From a virus (lineage: Duplodnaviria; Caudoviricetes): a stretch of DNA of 40,870 bases. The first letter of the stretch is position 1; each line of letters opens with the position of its first letter. The notes under the pieces were generated by a model that ran no database searches, had not been told where the DNA came from, and saw only the letters and a program-made list of their open reading frames with translations. This document shows, piece after piece, positions 7,599-16,696 of the stretch. The position numbers and the translations under genes were made by a program. The stretch lies in the IMG/VR virus record IMGVR_UViG_3300049172_000078, positions 1-40,870 of that record. One strand, given 5' to 3'.

Positions 7599-8942
7599 GT
7601 GCTCGCCGACCTCGACGCCAAGCTGGCCGGGATGTCCCCGGCCGAACTTGAGCTGCTCGAAACTGAGCTGGCGGCGCGCCTGTGGCAGAAGCGGTGGGGC
7701 CGGTGGAAGCCCTACGCCTGGCAGGTGCCGCCCGAGCACATCGAGACACTCGGCTGGTGGCTCCAGCTCGGCGGGCGCGGCACCGGCAAGACGGACGGCT
7801 GCGCCCGCTACATGGTCGCCCACGTCAACGGGCCCCCGTGTGACCCGCGCCTGCCCGGCGGGCACCGCATGGCGATCATCGCCCCGACGCAGGGAGACGC
7901 CGTCGAGGCCTGCGTGAACGGGCCGTCCGGGCTGAAGGCGCACGACCCGCGCGTCCTGCTCCGCACCACCGCGGGCGGTACGTTCGCGCGCTGGCCGTCC
8001 GGCGCCGAGGCCAAGCTGTTCGGCAGCCACACCCCGGACGACGTCGAGCGGCTCCGTGCCGGTGGTAACCGCTGCTTGGTGTGGATGGAGGAGGTCGCCG
8101 CGCAGCGCCGCCTGAAGGAAGCGATCACACACTCGGAAATGGGTCTCCGCCTCGGGACGAACCCGCACTACATCGGGTCGACCACGCCCAAGCCGCGCAC
8201 CGAGCTGATCGAGCTGACCCGCTCCGCCAAGGTGCACGTCACCCGCGGCAAGACCCGCGACGCGATCCACCTGCCCGAGGAACAGCGCCTCCACCTCATC
8301 CAGAAGTACGCCGGCACCCGCATCGCAGCGCAGGAACTCGACGGGGTCCTCCTCGAGGACATCGAGGGCGCCCTGTGGTCCCGTGCGCTCCTCGACGCCA
8401 CCCGCGTTGGCGCAGCCCCGCCCATGTCCCGCGTCGTCGTCGCCATGGACCCCGCCGCCACCTCCCACGACGAGTCCGACGAGATGGGCATCCTCGTCGC
8501 CGGGCTCGGCCAGCAGCACATCCCGGACATCAACGGCACCATGCGGCAGCACGGCTACGTCCTCGACGACCTGTCCGGCCGCATGCCCCCCGTGGAGGCC
8601 GCGCGGCGTGCAATCGCCGCATACCACAAGCACAGGGCCGACGCGATCGTGGCCGAGGTCAACAACGGTGGCGAGTGGATCGGCACCGTCGTGCGGCAGA
8701 TCGACCCCACCGTCAACTACCGCACCGTGCACGCCAGCCGCGGCAAGCTCACCCGGGCCGAGCCGGTGGCCGCCGTGTTCGAGCAGCGCGCCGCTCACAT
8801 CGTCGGGTCCCTGCCCGAGTTCGAGGAGCAGCTCGTCACCTGGGTCCCCGGTGACGCCTCCCCGGACCGCCTTGACGGCGGCGTGTGGGCCCTCACTGAT
8901 CTCATGCTCGCGCCCGCGGGCAACCTCGCCGCGGTCGCCTAG
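7599..8942 (+). CDS. terL: Terminase large subunit
   Basis: Walker A GGRGTGKT, Walker B VWMEE, nuclease motifs MDPA and SPDRLD. Confidence 0.95.
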   Translation: MLADLDAKLAGMSPAELELLETELAARLWQKRWGRWKPYAWQVPPEHIETLGWWLQLGGRGTGKTDGCARYMVAHVNGPPCDPRLPGGHRMAIIAPTQGDAVEACVNGPSGLKAHDPRVLLRTTAGGTFARWPSGAEAKLFGSHTPDDVERLRAGGNRCLVWMEEVAAQRRLKEAITHSEMGLRLGTNPHYIGSTTPKPRTELIELTRSAKVHVTRGKTRDAIHLPEEQRLHLIQKYAGTRIAAQELDGVLLEDIEGALWSRALLDATRVGAAPPMSRVVVAMDPAATSHDESDEMGILVAGLGQQHIPDINGTMRQHGYVLDDLSGRMPPVEAARRAIAAYHKHRADAIVAEVNNGGEWIGTVVRQIDPTVNYRTVHASRGKLTRAEPVAAVFEQRAAHIVGSLPEFEEQLVTWVPGDASPDRLDGGVWALTDLMLAPAGNLAAVA

Positions 8943-8952
8943 GAGGACTGAC

Positions 8953-11271
8953 GTGAGCCAGTACAGGAACCGAGCCTTGAGCCGGGCAGCGGAGAAGCGC
9001 GCTGCCGGCCTCGACGTGCTCCGGGACCGGCAGCCCATCACGGTCGCTTCGATCGGCGGGCAGCAGTCCCTCACGCTCGCCCTGGACGCAGAGGCCCGCG
9101 GCTACGCCAACAGCGCCGTGGCGTACCGGTGTGTGGCGGCGATCGCCGACAACGGGTCCTCCGTGCCGCTCGTGGTGCAGCAGCCGGACGGCACTCCCAT
9201 TGAGGGCCACCCGATCGCGCACCTGTTCAACAAGCGGCCCAACCCGCTGATGAGTGCGCGGGCGTTGAAGTCGCTGGCGCTGCAACAGGCCGAACTCGCC
9301 GGGCAGTCGTTCGTGTGGCTGGACCGGGGTGAGACCGGGCTCGGGCCGATCAGCGAACTCCACCTCGTGTTCGATCAGGTCGACGTGGTGGTGGATCGGC
9401 CGATCGCCCAGCGACCGACGACCGCGAACATCGTCGGGTTCATGATCCGCCGGGCAGACGGGCAGCAGGTGCCCGTGCTGCCGGAAGAGATGCTGTGGCT
9501 GCGCTACCCGCACCCGTTCGATCCGCTGGGGTGCCTGGCCCCGTGGAAGGCCGCACGGCACGCCGTCGACATGGACGCCTACGCCCGGGAGTGGCAGCGC
9601 TCCAGCTACGCCAACGGGGCCCGTCCCACCGGTGTCGTCTACCTCGGCGACATGGGCGAGACCGAGTTCAACCAGGTCAAGGCGTCGTGGCGCAGCAGCA
9701 TGCAGGGCCCGGAGAACGCGGGTAAGACGCTGCTCGTGCGGTCGCAGCCCAGCGGCGGGCAGAACGGCAGCAAGGGCATCGGGTTCGAGCGGCTCACCTT
9801 CACCCCCGAGGAAATGGCCTACCTGGAATCCCGCATGGCGAACGCGGCCGAGGTCATGCTCGCGTTCGGTGTGCCCCACGACTACCTCTCGGCCGGCACC
9901 ACCTACGAGAACCGTGCCGCGGCCAAGGCCACCCTGTGGTCGGACACGATCAAGCCAAAGCTGGAGATGATCGCGAGCGACATCGACCGGCTGCTGTTGC
10001 CGAGCGACAACGAGGAAGCAGCGTTCGACCTGTCCGGGGTCGAGGCGCTGCAAGAGGCGCAGGACTCGGTGGCGAACCGGGTGCGCGCCTCGACGTACGC
10101 GGACGTGATGACGATCGACGAGTCCCGCGCCGCGCTCGGCCTGGATCCCCTGCCGAACAAGATCGGCGAGCACACTCTCACCCCGTACCGGGCGCAGTTC
10201 GCTCCCGTACAGGGCGCAGCCGGCACAGACGCGGCACGGTCGTGGGACGCGGACTTCTCCCGTGTGCCGCAGTCGACGCCCGACGTCGGGGCCGTCGTCG
10301 AGCGGGCGGTTGAGGCCGCGCTCGCGCGTCTCCTCGGCGGCCCGCCGCCGCAGGTCGACGCCCGTCCGACGCCCCGTCTGTCGCGGGCCCACGACGCCCC
10401 GTCGTCGCCATCACTCGCGTCCATCAACGCCGCGTACGACGAACTGGAGGGCGCCGGGCGCCGCGCAGTGCAAGCCCTCGCCCGAGAGCAGCGGGACCGG
10501 GTGCTGCGTGACTTCGACCGGCTGATGAAGAAGCCCGAGCGGTCGGCCGCCTGGCTGGAGGAGAACCGCGCGCACGCCTGCGCCCTCGCCCGCGAGCAGC
10601 AGCTCATCCTCGCCCCGCCCGACCCCGAGCAGACGCCGGCCGCGCGCATGACCGACATGGACGTGGCGACCGGGCCCGAGGGGTGGGAGGAGCGCATCAA
10701 GCTGCGGGACCTGTTCGACCCTGGGTACTGGCGGCGGCGGACGGGCGAGCTGCTGCGGCCGTTCGTCGAGCGGGCATGGAAGCGCGGCGGCGCCTCGATC
10801 ACCGGCAGCTTCGATCTCGACGAGCCGGATGTAGCGAGCGCCCTGGACGATCGCATCGAGGAGCTGGCCGGGCAGGTCACCGCGACCACCGAGCAGGTGC
10901 TGCGGTCGCAGGTCCTCGCGCACGGTGTAGCCGAGGGCGAGTCAGTGTCGGAGCTGCGGGCCCGGATCCAACGCGTGTTCGCCAACCTGTCCGACTACCG
11001 GGCGACGATGATCGCCCGCACGGAGACCGTCGGCGGCTACAACCAGGCGTCGTTCCTCGCCGCGCTCGACGCCGGGGCGACGCGGAAGACGTGGCTCGCC
11101 ACGGCCGACCAGCGCACCCGCGAGACGCACCGGCAGGAGAACGGCCGGTCGGCCGCGATGAACAAGCGGTTCACGCTCACGAAGTCCCGGTGGCCGGCGG
11201 ATCCGACCGCCCCGGCCGCGCAGTCCATTCAGTGCCGGTGTGCGCTGACCTTCGAGTTCGAGGAGTCCTGA
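8953..11271 (+). CDS. Portal protein fused to MuF-like minor head domain
   Basis: AGGAGG RBS before GTG 8953; HK97-type portal motifs (AYRCV, PNPLM, NGARP, FGVP); C-terminal IARTET...KTW...DQRTRETH...CRC. Confidence 0.9.
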   Translation: MSQYRNRALSRAAEKRAAGLDVLRDRQPITVASIGGQQSLTLALDAEARGYANSAVAYRCVAAIADNGSSVPLVVQQPDGTPIEGHPIAHLFNKRPNPLMSARALKSLALQQAELAGQSFVWLDRGETGLGPISELHLVFDQVDVVVDRPIAQRPTTANIVGFMIRRADGQQVPVLPEEMLWLRYPHPFDPLGCLAPWKAARHAVDMDAYAREWQRSSYANGARPTGVVYLGDMGETEFNQVKASWRSSMQGPENAGKTLLVRSQPSGGQNGSKGIGFERLTFTPEEMAYLESRMANAAEVMLAFGVPHDYLSAGTTYENRAAAKATLWSDTIKPKLEMIASDIDRLLLPSDNEEAAFDLSGVEALQEAQDSVANRVRASTYADVMTIDESRAALGLDPLPNKIGEHTLTPYRAQFAPVQGAAGTDAARSWDADFSRVPQSTPDVGAVVERAVEAALARLLGGPPPQVDARPTPRLSRAHDAPSSPSLASINAAYDELEGAGRRAVQALAREQRDRVLRDFDRLMKKPERSAAWLEENRAHACALAREQQLILAPPDPEQTPAARMTDMDVATGPEGWEERIKLRDLFDPGYWRRRTGELLRPFVERAWKRGGASITGSFDLDEPDVASALDDRIEELAGQVTATTEQVLRSQVLAHGVAEGESVSELRARIQRVFANLSDYRATMIARTETVGGYNQASFLAALDAGATRKTWLATADQRTRETHRQENGRSAAMNKRFTLTKSRWPADPTAPAAQSIQCRCALTFEFEES

Positions 11272-11273
11272 CC

Positions 11274-11456
11274 ATGAAGACGATCAACCGCCTCCTGCTG
11301 CGCTTCGGCGTCATGCTCGCCCCCGCGCCTCCGAGCGCGAAGATGCTGCGCGAGCACGCGAACGTGTCCGAGACGCACCACCCCTCTCGGGGCGGCCGGA
11401 CCGTGGCGTGGCTGCGAGTCATGGCCGATCTTGTCGAGTCGGGCAAGGCGGCCTGA
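11274..11456 (+). CDS. Hypothetical protein (60 aa)
   Basis: AGGAG RBS; fills the gap between portal and the next gene. Confidence 0.55.
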   Translation: MKTINRLLLRFGVMLAPAPPSAKMLREHANVSETHHPSRGGRTVAWLRVMADLVESGKAA

Positions 11457-11458
11457 CC

Positions 11459-11806
11459 ATGGCGACGCTACTGCGCGGCGAGGTCCGCGCCATCCTCCAG
11501 CCCGCCGGGCACGCCCAGTACAAGGGCGCCTACTGCCCACCCGGCGTGCCCTTCAAGGAGGTCCGCCGGGGCCCGTTCGACGGCAAGGCGGACATCGGTG
11601 TCCGGCCCGATCCGGACGGCGAGCTGCCCAAGCTGATGACGTTCGGCAACGGGCAGGTCGTCTACGAGTACGACGGCCGCGACCAGAAGAACCGGGCGGT
11701 GTACCGGTACGCCCCGAACCTGTCCTCGTCGCACCAGGACGTCATGAACGGCGTGGCCGAGGTCTACGCCGAGCACACGCTCAAGCAGGCCAAGGAGGGC
11801 CAGTGA
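11459..11806 (+). CDS. Hypothetical protein in head module
   Basis: GC3-biased ORF coupled to the protease gene. Confidence 0.7.
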   Translation: MATLLRGEVRAILQPAGHAQYKGAYCPPGVPFKEVRRGPFDGKADIGVRPDPDGELPKLMTFGNGQVVYEYDGRDQKNRAVYRYAPNLSSSHQDVMNGVAEVYAEHTLKQAKEGQ

Positions 11807-12456
11807 TGGAGATCGAGTTCCGCAGTCTCGAAGACGTTGAGTGGCGTGTCGGGGAGGGCGACGACGGCACGTTCGCCGGGTACGCCTGCCGCTACGGCAA
11901 GCGCGACAGCTACGGCACCACCTTCCACCCCGGCGTGTTCCGTAAGGGCGTCGACAAGCGGGACTACGCCCTGCTGTTCATGCACTCACCGATGCAGCCC
12001 GTCGGCACGTTCCGGGCCGAGGAACGCGCGGACCACCTGTGGATCGAGGGCCGCTACGACGACACCGTCGCCGGCCGGGACGCGCGGATCATGGCCCGGT
12101 CCGGTAGCGCCCCTGAGCTGTCGGTGGGCTTCGTGCGCACAGACCTGCCGGAGTGGTCTAAGTTGGCGGAGATGGGCGACGACGAGCGCAAAGACGCCCT
12201 GGAGAACATCCGCTCCGCGCGCCTCGTCGAGGTCTCGCAGATCACCGCGCGCATGGCGGCCGTCCCCGGCAGCAAGCTGAAGACCGTGCGGAGCGCGCTC
12301 GGCGACCTGTACGCCGAGGTCGACGCACCGACGATCGCCGACCGCATCCGCGAGGAGCAGGAGCGCGCGGCGGCCGGGACCGTCCGGGACGTCGAGATGC
12401 GGGAGCGGCGGCGCCGCGCCGCACTGCTGAAGCTGACCGCGGTGGCCGGTGCGTGA
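11803..12456 (+). CDS. HK97-family prohead protease
   Basis: FAGYA...DSYG...F.PG.F, LLFMH...PVG, LSVGF, EVS motifs; start 11803 or 11806. Confidence 0.92.
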   Translation: MMEIEFRSLEDVEWRVGEGDDGTFAGYACRYGKRDSYGTTFHPGVFRKGVDKRDYALLFMHSPMQPVGTFRAEERADHLWIEGRYDDTVAGRDARIMARSGSAPELSVGFVRTDLPEWSKLAEMGDDERKDALENIRSARLVEVSQITARMAAVPGSKLKTVRSALGDLYAEVDAPTIADRIREEQERAAAGTVRDVEMRERRRRAALLKLTAVAGA

Positions 12457-12602
12457 TGGGCCGCTTCCGCTCCCGCGCGCAGTGGCGCTTCGCGTTCGCC
12501 CGCAAGATGCCGTGGGCCCGCCGGTGGGCGAAGAGCAGCGGCTCGTACCGGTCCCTCCCCGCGCGCAAGGGCCGGGTGGGTGGCGGTCGACGACGCCGGT
12601 AG
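12456..12602 (+). CDS. Small very basic protein (48 aa)
   Basis: TGATG coupling; MGRFRSRAQWRFAFARKMPWARRWAKSSGSYRSLPARKGRVGGGRRRR. Confidence 0.7.
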   Translation: MGRFRSRAQWRFAFARKMPWARRWAKSSGSYRSLPARKGRVGGGRRRR

Positions 12603-12615
12603 ACGCCCGCCGTCG

Positions 12616-12665
12616 CCGCGAATTGCAGCCCCCACCAACAGACACACCCGTGATCGATCTACCCT
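12616..12665 (+). promoter_or_regulatory. Putative late promoter element, copy 2
   Basis: CCGCGAATTGCAGCCCCCA then TACCCT at 12660, upstream of the capsid gene. Confidence 0.65.
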
Positions 12666-12802
12666 CCCCCCATCCGGGCCGCTCGCACCGGACGTGAAAG
12701 CCGCGAGCATGCCGGGCGCGATCCACCGGCCGTGACAGACGGACCGCAGCAACCCAGACAACTGGGCGGCTGTGCGCCGTCCACGGACCGAGAGGACTCG
12801 CG

Positions 12803-14095
12803 GTGAGTAACTTCGCGAAGATCCGCCCCATCGGTCGCCGCCGCGACGGACGGCCGATCTACCCGATCAAGGGCGGCGCCCCGACCCTGCTGGAGCAGCG
12901 CGACGAGATCGCCCGGCTGCTCCAGGACGAGAACTACGACGGCGACATCGACGAGCTGCTGAAGCGCGCCGACGATGTCGCCGCGAAGATCGAGCAGGCG
13001 AACCAGCGGGACGCCCGGCTGCGTGCGCTCAAGGCCGCTCAGCTCCCCGCCGGTGACCCCGCCCCGGACACCCGCGTGCAGCCCGGCATGCAGCCCGACG
13101 ACCGCGGCAACCCCGACCCCGTCTCGGCGGCCGAGGCGTTCGTCCGGTCCAAGGCGCTGGAGCACTTCCGCGCCAACGGCAAGCAGGGCAAGTTCGCCGT
13201 CGAGCACCGCGCCGCCCCGGCCGGCACCGTCACCACCGGCACGCAGCCGCAGCAGAACACCCGGGTGCCGGGGATCATCCCGCAGAACCCGGACTTCCCG
13301 CTGCTGGTGGCGAACCTGCTGGACCGGCAGACGTCGGACGGTACGACGCTGGAGTACATGCGGGACACGTCCGGCCCGGTCACCGGCGCCGGCACGTGGA
13401 ACAACGCCGCCGTCGTGGCGGAGGGCGCGGACAAGCCGAAGAGCGGTCCGTTCACCTTTGACCTCATCACGACCACCCTCAAGACCGTCGCTCACTGGGT
13501 GCCCATCACGCGGCAGGCCGCGGACGACAACGGGCAGTTGATGGGCTACATCAACGGCCGCCTCACGTACGGCCTTGAGTTCAAGCTCGACCGGGAGATC
13601 CTCACCGGCAACGGCACGACGCAGATGCAGGGCATCCTCACCACGCCCGGCATCGGCTCCTACCAGCCCGGTGTGGGCTCGACGGACGTCAAGCTCATCA
13701 CCGTCCGGAAGGCGAAGACCCAGGGGGAGTTGGCGCTCTACCCGCCGACCGCCGTGGTCATGAACCCGATGGACTGGCAGGACATCGAGCTCGACGAGGA
13801 CGCCAACGGCCAGTTCCGCGTCATCGCCAACGTCACCGACCCGGGCGCCCCGACGCGCCTGTGGGGCCTGACCGTCGTCACCACCGTCGCCATGGCCGCG
13901 GGCACCGCGCTGCTCGGCGGGTTCCGCACCGGCGCCACGCTGTGGGAGCGGCAGGGCATCACGATCCTCATGACCGACAGCCACGCGGACTACTTCACCG
14001 CGAACACGCTGGTCATCCTCGCCGAGCGCCGCGCGAACGTCGCGGTGCACACCCCGGCAGCGTTCGTCCGGATCACGTTCGCCGCCGCGACCTGA
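12803..14095 (+). CDS. Major capsid protein, HK97 fold
   Basis: N-terminal delta-like coiled coil, VAEGADKP, LTGNG, MNPMDW, LWGLTVV, LAERR..P.AF motifs. Confidence 0.96.
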   Translation: MSNFAKIRPIGRRRDGRPIYPIKGGAPTLLEQRDEIARLLQDENYDGDIDELLKRADDVAAKIEQANQRDARLRALKAAQLPAGDPAPDTRVQPGMQPDDRGNPDPVSAAEAFVRSKALEHFRANGKQGKFAVEHRAAPAGTVTTGTQPQQNTRVPGIIPQNPDFPLLVANLLDRQTSDGTTLEYMRDTSGPVTGAGTWNNAAVVAEGADKPKSGPFTFDLITTTLKTVAHWVPITRQAADDNGQLMGYINGRLTYGLEFKLDREILTGNGTTQMQGILTTPGIGSYQPGVGSTDVKLITVRKAKTQGELALYPPTAVVMNPMDWQDIELDEDANGQFRVIANVTDPGAPTRLWGLTVVTTVAMAAGTALLGGFRTGATLWERQGITILMTDSHADYFTANTLVILAERRANVAVHTPAAFVRITFAAAT

Positions 14096-14098
14096 TCC

Positions 14099-14136
14099 GC
14101 TCGGGCGCGGCCGCCCGTTCCCGGCCGCGCCCGAGC
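14099..14136 (+). terminator. Hairpin after capsid gene
   Basis: 15-bp perfect stem GCTCGGGCGCGGCCG / CGGCCGCGCCCGAGC. Confidence 0.7.
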
Positions 14137-14175
14137 CCCCCCCCGCCATTCGTATCCACGTGAGGAGCTGCCGAC

Positions 14176-14475
14176 ATGGCCGCACGCAGCAGGACCCCCG
14201 AGCCCGAGCAGACCCCCGAGCAGCCGAATCCGGCCGTCGTCCGTACTCAGGAGTACAGCGCGGGCGAGGGCTGGGAGGTCGGCCAGACCGCCCCGTCCGA
14301 CGCGTTCCGCGCCCTCGACTCCGACGGCACCGGCGCCCCGACCGGCCCGGTCGTCCACTCCCACCCGGGCGGCTACGCCCGGCAGATCGTCTCCAAGGGC
14401 GCCGTGATCACCGAGGGTGTGAAGCGGGAGCTGGACGCCGCCGAGGCCGAGCAGTCCGACAGCGAGCAGGGCTGA
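14176..14475 (+). CDS. Hypothetical post-capsid protein
   Basis: GAGGAG RBS, GC3 bias. Confidence 0.75.
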   Translation: MAARSRTPEPEQTPEQPNPAVVRTQEYSAGEGWEVGQTAPSDAFRALDSDGTGAPTGPVVHSHPGGYARQIVSKGAVITEGVKRELDAAEAEQSDSEQG

Positions 14476-14478
14476 CCC

Positions 14479-15159
14479 ATGGCGTACTGCTCGATCCAGG
14501 CCGCCAGGGACGCGGGGTGCACCGGCACTGATGCCGAGGTCGCCGCGTGGATTCAGGCTGGCCGCGAACGGATCGAGCAGTACACCCAGCAGATTTTCGA
14601 GCCAACTGACCTGGTGGTGGTGGCGGACGTCGGCGCGGGGGGACTGGTCATTCTCCCGCGCCGCGTCCGGACCGTCACCAGCGTCATGCCGGTACTGGAG
14701 CCGGACGACGGGGCGTCGCTCCCGGCCTCGGCGTACCGGGTCACCTCCTCGAAGGTGCTCGGGCAGATCGACGCCGTGCACCTCGCGTGGGGCGGCTACG
14801 ACGACCTGGTGGTGGGCGCCGAGTCGTACAACGGGGGCTGGCTCGGCTTGTGGGAGCGGTGGGGCGCCGAGCAGGTGCGGGTGGCCGGATCGTTCGGCTA
14901 CGACACGGTGCCGCTGCTGGTCGGGCAGGGCAATGCGCTGCTTGCCGCGCACCTCCAGGGTGAGGCTTCGCCGACGGACGAGGACGCGCCGGACGGTGGG
15001 CTCGACGTGGACGACGAGGGCAACAACGTCGCCATCGAGGACAGCGACGACGGCCCGTCGGGCGTCGTCTCCCCGTCGTCGTCGACCGGATCGACGCAGG
15101 TAGACGCCCTTCTGGTGGGTTACCTGAACCGCGGCTACAACCTGATCGGCGGTGTGTGA
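14479..15159 (+). CDS. Head-to-tail adaptor
   Basis: MAYCS...IEQYTQQIF...GSFGY..VP pattern and synteny. Confidence 0.75.
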   Translation: MAYCSIQAARDAGCTGTDAEVAAWIQAGRERIEQYTQQIFEPTDLVVVADVGAGGLVILPRRVRTVTSVMPVLEPDDGASLPASAYRVTSSKVLGQIDAVHLAWGGYDDLVVGAESYNGGWLGLWERWGAEQVRVAGSFGYDTVPLLVGQGNALLAAHLQGEASPTDEDAPDGGLDVDDEGNNVAIEDSDDGPSGVVSPSSSTGSTQVDALLVGYLNRGYNLIGGV

Positions 15160-15626
15160 TGCGCTTCCGGTCCCGGTCCCGTCTGAGCATGGGCACGTCG
15201 GTGTCGACGCAGATCAACACCCGTGCGTACGAGCGTGGTCTGCGCCGTTACTTCGGCGGCATGTCCGATGACGTGAAGCGGGCCGTGGACCGCACCAGGG
15301 TGGACGTGCAGAACGAGGCGCGCCGCCGGGCCCCGGTCGACACCGGCCGGCTGCGCTCCTCGATCGTGTCCAGGGCCGAGGGCTCCGGGCGCAGCGTCGG
15401 CTACGTCATCGGCACGAACGTCAACTACGCGGCGGCCGTCGAGTACGGCACGGCGCCGCACGTCATCAAGCCGAAGTACAAGCAGGCGTTGTACTGGCCG
15501 GGCGCCGCTCACCCGGTCGCGCAGGTCAACCACCCCGGCACCGCCGCGCAGCCGTTCCTTCGCCCGGCGATCGAGCTGACGCCGATCTTCTGGCGGGCGC
15601 ACGCCTCGCAGATCGGACGGCGCTGA
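15156..15626 (+). CDS. HK97 gp10-family neck/tail completion protein
   Basis: APVDTGRLRSSI, YAAAVEYGT, HPGT.AQPFLRPA. Confidence 0.9.
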   Translation: MMRFRSRSRLSMGTSVSTQINTRAYERGLRRYFGGMSDDVKRAVDRTRVDVQNEARRRAPVDTGRLRSSIVSRAEGSGRSVGYVIGTNVNYAAAVEYGTAPHVIKPKYKQALYWPGAAHPVAQVNHPGTAAQPFLRPAIELTPIFWRAHASQIGRR

Positions 15627-15934
15627 TGAACCACGACTTCGGCACGCCGCCGTCGGACTGGCCCGGCATGGAAATGACCGGTGTCACCAGGCTGACGGAC
15701 AAGATCTATTACGGGTGGATCGATGGCGAGGCCAACCCCACGTTCTGGCACTGGTGCACGTCGCTGGAGGGCCTCCCCGCCCACCTCAAAGTGCACGAAG
15801 GCTGCTGGGTCCCTGCAAGCACCAGCGCGCACACGCTCGTCGCCCGCGACCCGCTGCACCTCGAACCGTCGCTCCTGTGGAACTGCTGCGGCATGCACGG
15901 CTGGGTCCGCAACGGTCAGTGGACGGAGGCGTGA
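15626..15934 (+). CDS. Cys/His-rich protein, DUF6527-like
   Basis: WHWC...PLHLEPSLLWNCCGMHGWVRNGQW; translationally coupled on both sides. Confidence 0.6.
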   Translation: MNHDFGTPPSDWPGMEMTGVTRLTDKIYYGWIDGEANPTFWHWCTSLEGLPAHLKVHEGCWVPASTSAHTLVARDPLHLEPSLLWNCCGMHGWVRNGQWTEA

Positions 15935-16383
15935 TGGCCGCGACGACCGAGGGCGCAATCAAGGCCCGGCTGGAGGCGCTCGGCTCCGGGGTGCCGTTCT
16001 TCCGCGAGGGGCCCCGGCCCGGGCAGGCCGCGCCGTACGGCGTGATCCAGCGGCAGGACATCCGCCTGAACGCCACGGCGAACGGCGACTTCGGCGACCC
16101 CGACGCCGATCTGTCCGTCGTCGAAATCCTCACCGTCGACCTGATCCAGCCCGCCCGCACCAAGGTGAACACCCGGCTGGCGAAGAACGCCGAGCGCTAC
16201 GGCCTGGCCGAGGTGATCGCCGCGGCGCTGCACGGCTGCCAACTGCCGGACGCCCCCAGCAAGGTGACCGCTGTGCGGGTGCAGGACATCGACCGGTTCC
16301 CCGTGACGGACAACCGGCTGCGCGAGTCGATCACCGTCGAAGTGCACCGGGAGCTGCGCCGCACGGAGGTGATCCCGGCATGA
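15934..16383 (+). CDS. Putative tail terminator
   Basis: Size, P...PY motif and position before the major tail gene. Confidence 0.65.
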   Translation: MAATTEGAIKARLEALGSGVPFFREGPRPGQAAPYGVIQRQDIRLNATANGDFGDPDADLSVVEILTVDLIQPARTKVNTRLAKNAERYGLAEVIAAALHGCQLPDAPSKVTAVRVQDIDRFPVTDNRLRESITVEVHRELRRTEVIPA

Positions 16384-16661
16384 GGATCACGTACACCGAG
16401 CTGCCGCGTGACGAGGTGATCGCTGCGCTCGGCCCGCACTGGCCGCCCCGGCCCGGCGCCACCGTCGCCCTGATCGGGGAGATCGTCGCCGTCGCACATG
16501 GGGCCGTCGCCGTCCACTCCAGCGGCGACCGGCCCGGCACCACCTGGTGGGCGGTTGACGGGCTGATCGTGCCGCAGGACGCCGGCCCCGTACCCGATCT
16601 GCCCGCCGCCCGCTTCGAGACCGTCCCCCAGCCCGCAGCCGACGCCCCACCCCTCACGTAA
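16380..16661 (+). CDS. Hypothetical protein
   Basis: GGAGG RBS, ATGA overlap. Confidence 0.65.
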   Translation: MRITYTELPRDEVIAALGPHWPPRPGATVALIGEIVAVAHGAVAVHSSGDRPGTTWWAVDGLIVPQDAGPVPDLPAARFETVPQPAADAPPLT

Positions 16662-16696
16662 CCGGGCCGGACCCCGGCACCAGGAAGGAACCCGAG

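Noticed and set aside
8383-8952. N-terminal extension of portal ORF (962 aa)
   Set aside because: Overlaps terL out of frame; strong AGGAGG RBS supports the start at 8953
11100-11456. MuF polymorphic toxin and immunity pair
   Set aside because: The MuF domain ends a few residues after CRC with no toxin extension
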